Source: a virus (taxonomy: Duplodnaviria > Caudoviricetes). From it: 64,000 nt of DNA. A program made the position numbers and the translations under genes. Shown here one piece after another: positions 56,068 through 64,000 of the stretch. The DNA is taken from the IMG/VR virus record IMGVR_UViG_3300029305_004466. One strand, 5' to 3'. Under the pieces are notes generated by a model. It had not been told where the DNA came from. It saw only the letters and a list, made by a program, of their open reading frames with translations, and did no database searches. How positions within the stretch are numbered: position 1 is the stretch's first letter; every line of letters begins with the position of its first letter.

Positions 56068-56494
56068 TTTTGTTCCTACCTTTCATGGTTAATGCTTTCT
56101 CTACTGGCATTTTTTTAAGACGTTTGCTCAGTGCTTGCTTTGTAATTCCTATATCATCAGCCCATTTTGTTATAGATTTAGATTCGCCATTGAATTCTAA
56201 GTTATGGACTTTTGATGTAGGCGTTGTAGTATTTCCATTTTTTATCATTTGCTCTCTGTTTATAGCTATTTGTTCTTTAGCTTTTTCTCTTCTAAGACAG
56301 CCACAAGACTGTACACTTCCATTAAGTAAAGACATTTCTGGAACTAAAACGATAGAATGTTTTCTACAGTTGCACAAACATCTATGCCATCTTCCTATAT
56401 CTTTTGCATATGATTTATCTATTGGGGGCTCTACATTTGGTTCGATTACCATTAATCTATTAAATGTGTCTCCTCTATTTATCATTGTTACCAC
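56057..56494 (-). CDS. DNA-binding protein derived from a phage HNH homing endonuclease (nuclease core missing)
   Basis: GDTFNRL..W.C.C.C..SCGCL N-domain; FNGESKSI..WA..GI..LSKRL..EKALT C-domain. Confidence 0.65.
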   Translation of the reverse strand: MVTMINRGDTFNRLMVIEPNVEPPIDKSYAKDIGRWHRCLCNCRKHSIVLVPEMSLLNGSVQSCGCLRREKAKEQIAINREQMIKNGNTTTPTSKVHNLEFNGESKSITKWADDIGITKQALSKRLKKMPVEKALTMKGRNKNGN

Positions 56495-56496
56495 CT

Positions 56497-57630
56497 CTAA
56501 CTATATAACTGATTTGTGAAGTTCTTCTGAGTTGCATCGTCACATTCTTGCATGAGAGCCATTTCTGGATAAAATTCAAAGAATACTCTACCTTTGAATG
56601 TGTTGAATTTATTTTTAGCAAAGTGTACTTCAAATATCGGTTGTTTGAAAGGATTGTTGTTTCTATTAAAGTATACGCTGGCATTTTCACCTTTATAGTG
56701 AACTTCGTTATATACTAACAGAATTGCTTTTGCTTCATACTTAATCTTAACAGATTCTCTGATGTCATCAAGCATTGGTCTACGAATTCCGTTAATCTTT
56801 TTAAGTTCGCCAGTACATATCATAATTATGTCATGCTTAATAGCTACGTCAGAACACCACTGAGCCATAAAGTCATACTTTTCTTTGTCGGTCATGTTAG
56901 GTTTTGTTTGCGTGTTTAAGTCATGGAAATTATCAATACATACTACTAACTGTTTATTGATATTGTTTGACTTAAAATATATAAGCATTCTTTCGATTTC
57001 TTCTTCAATATCTTCGATAAAGGTACTGAATGTTGCATCATATGCTCTGTAATTACTTGTATTGTTACGGATTTTAATTAATGCGTTTTTACGTCTTATT
57101 AACATCAATGGATATTGTGTATAATTAAGTGGGGTCTTAATAGCATTAATAATAACTTTTCCAGAACAAGCAGCTACTCTTGAAAGCTTATCTGCCATAG
57201 CATCATCAAGAGAAAAGTCCATAACGTATGCGTCTTGATTATTAATTGATGTTTGCCAAGCTATTTGAGATAAGAGTGCTGTTTTGCCTAAGTTACTGTC
57301 GCCTGCTATGATAATAAAGCCCGGATGTAATCCACCGTCAAAAGCTTTATCTATCAAAGGGAAACCAGTGGAAAGACCTTTATTTTTTTGACTCCATGCT
57401 TTTGTTTCAAAGTCATCAATAGTCTGCCACATTGCCAACTCATAATCTTCGGTTGGTTTATTAGGATATGTAAATTTAACTGGAATAGGTCCATTACCAG
57501 TATCTATAGTACTTGTTTCTTCATATCCAATTTCTTGAGTTGGTATTGCAGGTCCATAAAAATTAGGATTAATAACTGTTATATCCCCGCCAGTTTCTTT
57601 ATCTTGTATTACAATTCTTTGTTCGTCCAT
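56497..57630 (-). CDS. DnaB-like replicative helicase (C-terminal ATPase domain only)
   Basis: GLSTGF..D, AGDSNLGKT, FSLDD, CIDNFH, RP.LDDIRES..IKYEA, AKNK. Confidence 0.85.
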   Translation of the reverse strand: MDEQRIVIQDKETGGDITVINPNFYGPAIPTQEIGYEETSTIDTGNGPIPVKFTYPNKPTEDYELAMWQTIDDFETKAWSQKNKGLSTGFPLIDKAFDGGLHPGFIIIAGDSNLGKTALLSQIAWQTSINNQDAYVMDFSLDDAMADKLSRVAACSGKVIINAIKTPLNYTQYPLMLIRRKNALIKIRNNTSNYRAYDATFSTFIEDIEEEIERMLIYFKSNNINKQLVVCIDNFHDLNTQTKPNMTDKEKYDFMAQWCSDVAIKHDIIMICTGELKKINGIRRPMLDDIRESVKIKYEAKAILLVYNEVHYKGENASVYFNRNNNPFKQPIFEVHFAKNKFNTFKGRVFFEFYPEMALMQECDDATQKNFTNQLYS

Positions 57631-58205
57631 TACTCCACCTTGTTACCCTTCAATATATTTATATTAACATTGTGTAAAGGTATTAGCATATGAAAACCAT
57701 AAAAGCCAGTCTTTACATTTCTTTCTCGTAATGCAGGAGATAATATCAAATCATCGTCTTGGTATCTATTAAGAGTTAACGTTGTAGCTAATCCACATAT
57801 ATTTACGGTTTGTTTGTCTGGATTATAAATACAAATGATTTGAGCATATTTATTATTTTTTGGGATTATAGGAAACTTTCCTCGTTCAACGGTTTTTATT
57901 CCTACTGTATATCCCGGAATGTCTGGAGTGTCATATTTATTTGAATTACCAACAGACCAATCTATAATTGAAATATCAAATAATTTTTCTACGGCTCGTT
58001 CTCCCATAAGCCCTGTAAAAAATCTTTTTATTTCATTATGGCAATCTCTTATATGATGCTTCTCGTGTGCTTTATTGATTGCTATTTGTTTGGCTAAGTT
58101 AAGTATCTTATTAATTTCTTCTTGACTGAAATGTATTTCCACTGAGTTTTTTATATACGGGGATATTTTTGTTTGATAATTCATCAACGCTTGGTTTTGT
58201 TTCAT
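57630..58205 (-). CDS. PD-(D/E)XK-like nuclease candidate
   Basis: G..GE.AV, PD..GIKT; start ATG 58205 after GAGG. Confidence 0.55.
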   Translation of the reverse strand: MKQNQALMNYQTKISPYIKNSVEIHFSQEEINKILNLAKQIAINKAHEKHHIRDCHNEIKRFFTGLMGERAVEKLFDISIIDWSVGNSNKYDTPDIPGYTVGIKTVERGKFPIIPKNNKYAQIICIYNPDKQTVNICGLATTLTLNRYQDDDLILSPALRERNVKTGFYGFHMLIPLHNVNINILKGNKVE

Positions 58206-59262
58206 TTCGCTTTTCCTCTTTTTTGATATATACTTTACAAGTATTATTACATACCGATAAAGATTGTAAGGTAGCACAACCAAATTGCTTTTGTGAATTA
58301 AAGATACTTTTTACTGTTTTGATTAGTTCGTTTTGTCCAGTAGGTTTTACATTATTGTCATTCCATTCGGTTATTATCTCAATGGTTTCGTCTAATGTTT
58401 TACCATAAGATTTATAAAAACCTGCTAAACAAGCAATGGTAATATTACGTTCTCCCTCTTGTGCTCCATTCTCAAGTATGTTCTGAATACAAGGTGGAAT
58501 GAAGTTAAAACTCTTTTTAAATCTATTACCTCTGCTTTTATCTTCTTGTTCTTTATGTCTTAAATATTCTGCTATTATTTTTTGATATGCTCTATTTGCA
58601 TTAGGCAACTCAGTATACAAAGGATATTCCATTTGTCTTTGCGTTGTAGCCATGGCTCTTATCTGGTCTATGCTTAATGTTCGTAATTCTTCAAATGTAA
58701 TTGGAATTTTGTACAAACCAGATTTACCATGTCTTGTATTAGGAATCCTAAATAATCTTTTGTTATCGTATATCTGAGTATCCAATGTCTTGTTGGGAGT
58801 AAAACCTTTTGCTAAATTGGCGATATATTTGTATATGCAGTTTAATTCAGCACTAGGAGTTACTCCCATTATTTCAGCAGGTAATATAAAATGTATTCCT
58901 TTGTTACCGCTGAAATATATTTTTATCCATTCTTTTTTGATTAAGAAGATAACTTCTATCATGTTTGCTACTACGATAGCGTCTTTTCTTACATTTTCGA
59001 AGTTGTTTACATCGTCAAAATCAAAATACATATCTCCATACATTAAGGAGTTATCAATATCTTGTGTGTTATACCTGAAAGCACTACAGAAAGTACTACA
59101 GAAATTCCTCGCATTAACAAATTCATTAAGGCTTCCGAAAGGTATATAACGATTCCTTGTAAACATACGCTGATTATTTTGCTCATATTCAAATCCTACT
59201 TCCACAATATTCATATTAGATAAAGCATTGTCTTTTTCTTGTTTCAATTTTATCACCACCAT
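58111..59262 (-). CDS. Archaeo-eukaryotic primase (AEP/PrimPol) with PriCT-like C-terminal domain
   Basis: YFDFD, FSGNKGIH, D..IYD..RLFRIP, PPCI..G..EGERN. Confidence 0.85.
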   Translation of the reverse strand: MVVIKLKQEKDNALSNMNIVEVGFEYEQNNQRMFTRNRYIPFGSLNEFVNARNFCSTFCSAFRYNTQDIDNSLMYGDMYFDFDDVNNFENVRKDAIVVANMIEVIFLIKKEWIKIYFSGNKGIHFILPAEIMGVTPSAELNCIYKYIANLAKGFTPNKTLDTQIYDNKRLFRIPNTRHGKSGLYKIPITFEELRTLSIDQIRAMATTQRQMEYPLYTELPNANRAYQKIIAEYLRHKEQEDKSRGNRFKKSFNFIPPCIQNILENGAQEGERNITIACLAGFYKSYGKTLDETIEIITEWNDNNVKPTGQNELIKTVKSIFNSQKQFGCATLQSLSVCNNTCKVYIKKEEKRNETKPSVDELSNKNIPVYKKLSGNTFQSRRN

Positions 59263-59878
59263 TAGCGATACAGTTATTAGTTATGTTATCTAAATAGCTT
59301 TTCGCAATCATGTAATAATTATCGAACTTGTTAAAATCGAACTCTCTATCTTCGATATTATCTTTTATTGCTTCGAACATAAACATTACTGTATCTAATC
59401 CGTATTTGCCTATATAATGATTTAACAATCCCTTGATTCTTGATTGTTGCCACTGGTAGGTATTGGTATACCCAAGTGATAACAAGTAATTATAAACTTC
59501 ATCCATGGTATAGCTTGCGGCTATTTCTACGAAATATTCCTGTTTGGTGCTAATCATGGTCCCTGTATTATAATCTACATCAACTTTAGCTGGTTCTGGT
59601 TGTATCCTTAATTCTTTATGATAATACATCTGTCCTTGTTTTATTAAGTTAGCATGATAGGATGTGTATTTCATAATGTCGGCTATTTTAAAGTTAGTTC
59701 TGTTATTTACATTACTAAGTAAGATATTCTTACATTCTTTAAATGTGTAGCCACTATTAAGAACATATGAGAGCTTATCAACAATGTTTTTAAGCTCCTC
59801 TTTATTTACTGGTCTGCCAACATATAGCATACTGTAGAGTGCCGCTAAGTCATATACAGAACCTTTGTTGATTAGCAC
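59216..59878 (-). CDS. Hypothetical protein
   Basis: GGAG RBS; within the replication operon. Confidence 0.75.
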   Translation of the reverse strand: MLINKGSVYDLAALYSMLYVGRPVNKEELKNIVDKLSYVLNSGYTFKECKNILLSNVNNRTNFKIADIMKYTSYHANLIKQGQMYYHKELRIQPEPAKVDVDYNTGTMISTKQEYFVEIAASYTMDEVYNYLLSLGYTNTYQWQQSRIKGLLNHYIGKYGLDTVMFMFEAIKDNIEDREFDFNKFDNYYMIAKSYLDNITNNCIANGGDKIETRKRQCFI

Positions 59879-60642
59879 GGAGATTTTCCCACTGATTTAG
59901 TCCATTCGATAAATGAATCTATGTTGCTAGGGTTTAAATCTGTTTTCTTAGAAAACTTATTGTTCCATGCGTTTATGTAGTTACAAAGTACCGCATCATC
60001 TGTTATACCCATTTGTTGTTTGAAGTTGTTAATTGCTTGTATCTGTTCTTGCGTAAAACCATTTATTGTGTTTTGCGGTTGAACAGGTGTAGGAGCAGCT
60101 TGTTGTATTGGAGCATTTCCCGATAATAATTTATCTAATTCGTTTGAATCTAAAGCAAAATCTTCAAAAGGAAGTTCTTCTCTAGGGTCATTATTCAATT
60201 GTTCTGCTGTAGTTACTGGAGTGCTTATAGCACCAGTCTCTTGAAGCATATTTAAAATATCTTCTTGAGTTGCAGGTTGTGGTGTTGTTGTAGGAATTAG
60301 TTGTGGAACTGGCTGTGATGCAGGAGCAGTCTTTTGAGCTTCTACTGTTGTTTCATACATAATAGTTTTAACAGCATTATTAATAGCGTATAAGTGAGCG
60401 TCAGAAGCATCTGCTGTTTTATATACATAACGACCATATAAGATGTGTCCCGGTAAGTAGACTCTTACCTCGATTACTGACTGGATATTATCAATTCTTT
60501 CATCTCTTGTTGTTTCCCAAGTATATCTTACCTGTGCTTTTGTAAGTTGTTCGAGTACCATTTTTGGTTTGGTAGTGTCAATAGTTAATTTTGCTGGTTC
60601 GCTACATTGACAATAAATGTTTACTAAGGTTTCATTTACCAT
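59872..60642 (-). CDS. Hypothetical protein, weak Rad52-like architecture
   Basis: AAAGGAG RBS; folded N-domain, P/Q/T linker, helical C-domain. Confidence 0.75.
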   Translation of the reverse strand: MVNETLVNIYCQCSEPAKLTIDTTKPKMVLEQLTKAQVRYTWETTRDERIDNIQSVIEVRVYLPGHILYGRYVYKTADASDAHLYAINNAVKTIMYETTVEAQKTAPASQPVPQLIPTTTPQPATQEDILNMLQETGAISTPVTTAEQLNNDPREELPFEDFALDSNELDKLLSGNAPIQQAAPTPVQPQNTINGFTQEQIQAINNFKQQMGITDDAVLCNYINAWNNKFSKKTDLNPSNIDSFIEWTKSVGKSPC

Positions 60643-60667
60643 TGTTTTGTTCTCCTTTCATAAAATA

Positions 60668-60722
60668 AAGATTAGGTGTAACCTTGTATTACAATATTAC
60701 ACCTAATCTTCCATGTTGTCAA
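60668..60722 (-). promoter_or_regulatory. SigA promoter overlapped by a 14-bp inverted repeat (operator and/or terminator)
   Basis: TTGACA-17-TAATAT on the minus strand; AAGATTAGGTGTAA...TTACACCTAATCTT. Confidence 0.7.
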
Positions 60723-60738
60723 CATATTTTTTTATTTT

Positions 60739-62001
60739 TTATGAAAGTTTATATTGAACCATGCATTTGCTAATATTTGGAGTATCTTGAACTCCCTCTA
60801 TTGTGAACCGTACCATAAGTTTATGTCCATTTAATATAAATGGGAGTGAGTCTGAAATTTTGTGGGTATTTCCACTTGCATCATAATAATAATACTCTTT
60901 ATAAATATTTTCAAGTACTGATGCATCAATTTCATTATTACATAAAACTTCAGCTCCATAAATCTTAATGTTATTGTTAATTTCTGGAAATTCGAACACC
61001 ATATCGAACTCACTATGGTCTCTTGTATATCTATTATAATTTATATCTAAATCTCTAATGCCAAGATACCAAATACGTCTATCAGTTTGTGCATCGTATT
61101 CAAAGTTACGTTGACGAAGCTTAATCCTAATCTGATTTGTCTGTATTGGTTTGAAATTTAATTTTATCTTAGGGGAATCCTTAATAACACCTCTTGTTGA
61201 TTTATTACCAAAGACATCTTCATACTCTTCTTCAGAGTAGCATGAATGATATTCCATCCCCGGAATTGGTTGCCATGCTCCATTGGTCTTATAATCTACT
61301 CCAAGAACATCGGTATAACCATTTGGATAAGGCGATAATATAATCTGATTAATTAAACGAGAAGTTACAATGTCCTCAGGAAGCCCTATAATGACCTCAT
61401 TTTCAACGCTTTCAATTGCAGTGTCTGTAACTATGCGTCTGAACCAAACAGTGCTTAAATTGCCGTCTAGTGCGTTTTTAGGGTCACTATCTTCTATCAA
61501 TAAGATATGTTCGTTATCTGTATTAAAAGAATCTGGACCGATATACATTTTTAAGCTTGGTGGGATTAACATTTCATCATATGTTTCATCATGTAATCGT
61601 GTCTTACTTACAGAGCTTGCAATATTAGCAATAATGTCATTGGTATTCTTATCAACAACAGCTGCATAAGGACTTAAATCATCAACAATTGCATTTAATG
61701 CATGAACTGTAATGGTTCTAAGGTCATCATGAGATAATAATAAATTATTGTATTGTTCTTCTATTGCAGATAATCTTGCCAATGTTTCATTAAGGCGTTT
61801 AGAACAACAAACAGATTCTATGTTTGTTACGGTATTCATTTCATATATTTCTTTTTGTAACGTATTTGCTTTATTAAACAAATCAAGAATATCGTTGAAT
61901 ACCTGTTCTTGCATTGTATTTAACTTATGACTATCACTGATTTCTCTTGTTTTAAACTGATTTTCTTGTACTGAAGGTATATTTTTTACTTGTAAGTCCA
62001 T
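60739..62001 (-). CDS. Probable virion structural protein (coiled coil + beta-sandwich/discoidin-like)
   Basis: NALDGNLSTVW motif; beta-rich C-terminus. Confidence 0.6.
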   Translation of the reverse strand: MDLQVKNIPSVQENQFKTREISDSHKLNTMQEQVFNDILDLFNKANTLQKEIYEMNTVTNIESVCCSKRLNETLARLSAIEEQYNNLLLSHDDLRTITVHALNAIVDDLSPYAAVVDKNTNDIIANIASSVSKTRLHDETYDEMLIPPSLKMYIGPDSFNTDNEHILLIEDSDPKNALDGNLSTVWFRRIVTDTAIESVENEVIIGLPEDIVTSRLINQIILSPYPNGYTDVLGVDYKTNGAWQPIPGMEYHSCYSEEEYEDVFGNKSTRGVIKDSPKIKLNFKPIQTNQIRIKLRQRNFEYDAQTDRRIWYLGIRDLDINYNRYTRDHSEFDMVFEFPEINNNIKIYGAEVLCNNEIDASVLENIYKEYYYYDASGNTHKISDSLPFILNGHKLMVRFTIEGVQDTPNISKCMVQYKLS

Positions 62002-62004
62002 GCT

Positions 62005-63678
62005 TTATCCCCTCTCTTTTAACGAATTAACTTTTCCGTCTATGATATTGCAAGTATTTATAACATTAGCTTCGATGTTTTGAATACTATTAACATCAGA
62101 ATACATTCTTTTATAAGATTCTTCAAGCTCATTAAATATATCAAATAACTTATTGATATTATCATAAACAAACTTATTGTAATTTTCATACTTTTCACTT
62201 TCCATTGGACCTCTTCTTCTGTGATTCATTTTGGTCATCTCAGGGTAAGCTAAATCTATTTGAGTAGGGGAATACGAATCTTCAGTAGTATTTTCTGGTT
62301 CAACACCTGTAACTATAAAAGTACAAGTATTTTCCATATAGGTTAACGTTATTTCGTTAGCACCTATAGTGTTTATATGTGTTTTATCTACTGAGAAATC
62401 TGTAATAGTTGTTATACTATTGTTGTTCCAGTGTGCTTTACATATAACACGTTCTGGATTAAATGATTTGTTTAATCTTACTGGAGGTCCTATGTATTCT
62501 GCTGTAATATAAACAATTTCTTTTTCAGGAACAAAACCTTCTACTATAAAGGTAGTAGTTAATGTATCGCCATTATTTGTTGTATAAGTTACAGTAATTA
62601 TATTGTCTTTTTCAAGAAGTATGGTTTGCGTATCAAGAGTATAGTATTTGTTATTTAATGTTTCCCAGTATGAATTCTGCCCTATATCGTCACGATAATA
62701 AATTTTAACTGTTAAATAATCCAGTGAAAAGTTTTTACCGACTTCTACTTTCGGACCATTATAAAATGCATTTAATTGAGTAGGTAATGGAGCGTAATGA
62801 TTAATAGTTACATTACAGGTAAAGCCTAAATAGTAAATTCCTAAAACGCCTTGATTGACTGATGTAATAGTATTTCCATCAGTATATGACCAGTCTGTAA
62901 CTGTACTGCTATATCCATCAGAATAATTTACGGTTACAATAACGTCTTTCTTTTTTGGCTTTTTATTTAAAGCTACTGGTTTACCTACATATTCGGCTTG
63001 TATATCGTTTATTTTTCTTAAACCGTCTATTACAAAATTTGCTGTTAACTCGTTTTCGCCATGATTAACTTTTACAGTAAATACATTTGAACCAAAAGAA
63101 CTAACAACGTTAGAAACATTTCCATCAGAATTTAGAACCGTATAATTACCAGAAATGATTTCTACTTTATTGCCATCGTCATAATAACCAGTTACTGTTA
63201 AGTATTCTTGGTTAAATTCTTCTCCTACGGTTACAGCCGGACCATCGTATGATACAAGTATTATTGTCATAGGTTTAAGTGCTTTATCATCTTTCAAGAC
63301 AACTAAATATCTTGAAAGATTTTCTCCTAAAGCATCATTATAACAAACGACACAGCTTTCAGTGAGCACCAATGGCGTACTGTAAAACAGAGCTCCTGTA
63401 TTTTCAGCCATATCTTTTCTCATCTCAGCTACTGTATCTACAAAATTTGTATTTATCTGTTCAATGGTTTTTAATCCATAGTCTGAGAATTTTCTTATTT
63501 TGTAATTAACACCATGTATATAATCATCTGTTGTAGGATTTTGGAACTGTAACTCAACATTAGTATACCAGATATCAATACCATTAAGATTGGTTACAGG
63601 AGTGGAATAGTTATATTCATCTGTTGGAACGATATAACCTTCAAGTCTATACCAATTTTGACTATCTACTCTTACCAT
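62005..63678 (-). CDS. Probable virion protein with about four bacterial Ig-like repeats
   Basis: Repeated Y.GP.V.VG..F....L.V...Y.DG units. Confidence 0.75.
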   Translation of the reverse strand: MVRVDSQNWYRLEGYIVPTDEYNYSTPVTNLNGIDIWYTNVELQFQNPTTDDYIHGVNYKIRKFSDYGLKTIEQINTNFVDTVAEMRKDMAENTGALFYSTPLVLTESCVVCYNDALGENLSRYLVVLKDDKALKPMTIILVSYDGPAVTVGEEFNQEYLTVTGYYDDGNKVEIISGNYTVLNSDGNVSNVVSSFGSNVFTVKVNHGENELTANFVIDGLRKINDIQAEYVGKPVALNKKPKKKDVIVTVNYSDGYSSTVTDWSYTDGNTITSVNQGVLGIYYLGFTCNVTINHYAPLPTQLNAFYNGPKVEVGKNFSLDYLTVKIYYRDDIGQNSYWETLNNKYYTLDTQTILLEKDNIITVTYTTNNGDTLTTTFIVEGFVPEKEIVYITAEYIGPPVRLNKSFNPERVICKAHWNNNSITTITDFSVDKTHINTIGANEITLTYMENTCTFIVTGVEPENTTEDSYSPTQIDLAYPEMTKMNHRRRGPMESEKYENYNKFVYDNINKLFDIFNELEESYKRMYSDVNSIQNIEANVINTCNIIDGKVNSLKERG

Positions 63679-63688
63679 ATATATCTAC

Positions 63689-64000
63689 CTACTTTCCTGT
63701 AATTCTAAAGTTATCAATTTCTGGAGATACATTATTATCGTTACTGTATAATACAGCCATAATTCTAAAGGCTATTTTGTTATTAGAGAAATAATAAGCC
63801 ATATCTTCTTTTAAAGAATGGTATTTTAAAAAGTATCCCATGTCTTCTATATATGAATTAACCATATCTTCAGGATTACATTTAACGCAAATATAACCAT
63901 CTTTGATTGTGTAATATCTATAATTTGGTTTCATCTGTTTATCTAACACATGCCAGTTAACATACTTCATTGGCGGGTATGCAAATACGTTATTCGTAAT
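63689..64000 (-). CDS. Hypothetical (structural) protein, 5'-partial
   Basis: Frame of ORF 63689..63970 is open to the window edge. Confidence 0.6.
   Translation of the reverse strand: MTNNVFAYPPMKYVNWHVLDKQMKPNYRYYTIKDGYICVKCNPEDMVNSYIEDMGYFLKYHSLKEDMAYYFSNNKIAFRIMAVLYSNDNNVSPEIDNFRITGK

Larger units (their letters stand above)
1..64000. mobile_element. Segment of a large Firmicutes (Clostridia-like host) dsDNA phage or phage-plasmid genome
   Basis: Dense co-oriented ORFs with many small hypotheticals; phage-type gene mix (holin, endolysin, Rha/ANT antirepressor, sigma factor, RuvC, primases, dut/nrdDG/thyX, orphan GroES); no housekeeping operons. Confidence 0.9.

Noticed and set aside
1442-61930. 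Numerous short antisense or alternative-frame ORFs in the track (for example 1442..1654, 16656..16910, 33523..33927, 56070..56519)
   Set aside because: They lie wholly within well-supported genes, lack RBSs and have shadow-ORF composition
1-64000. Stop-codon reassignment (alternative genetic code)
   Set aside because: Genes are full length in code 11, and TAG/TGA stops are followed directly by RBSs of the next genes
1-64000. Spo0A boxes (TGNCGAA) as autoregulatory sites
   Set aside because: Matches I noticed are TGACGAA within coding Asp-Glu runs; none is convincingly placed at a promoter
1-64000. tRNA, rRNA or CRISPR arrays
   Set aside because: Intergenic gaps are short and show no cloverleaf or repeat-spacer pattern

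Overview
This is a gene-dense, AT-rich 64-kb segment of a large dsDNA phage (or phage-plasmid/large prophage) of an anaerobic spore-forming Firmicute. A Clostridia/Lachnospiraceae-like host is inferred from the Spo0A, double-OB SSB and class III RNR sequences. Positions 1-51381 are transcribed on the + strand. They carry a full-length but atypical Spo0A homologue; nucleotide metabolism genes (dut, nrdDG, thyX); three peptidoglycan hydrolases; an SNF2 helicase; a MoxR/RavA-type AAA+ ATPase/vWA gene cluster; GroES; and a radical SAM protein. They also carry a bacterial-type replisome and recombination set (beta-clamp-like, DnaE, two SSBs, RecA, PcrA/UvrD, Rad52-like, an SbcD-SbcC(N) fusion with split SbcC, DnaG), a Rha/ANT antirepressor and an orphan MazF. 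Positions 51423-64000 are on the - strand and converge on a strong terminator. They carry a holin, a large sigma-70-family factor, RuvC, a Cas4-like protein, a dNMP kinase, a DnaB-like helicase, an AEP/PriCT primase, and probable virion proteins with Ig-like repeats. Sequence-level oddities: a recurrent intergenic CCC(A)TTCGGG-N7-TA[GT]WW hairpin motif; a triple DnaA-box array hidden in the SNF2 gene; apparent avoidance of GATC and CCWGG; an ATT-initiated PLMP/RRXRR-like + HNH gene truncated in the ORF track; and several catalytically eroded enzyme folds. I saw no tRNA, rRNA or CRISPR array. All family assignments come from motif recognition by eye, not database searches.
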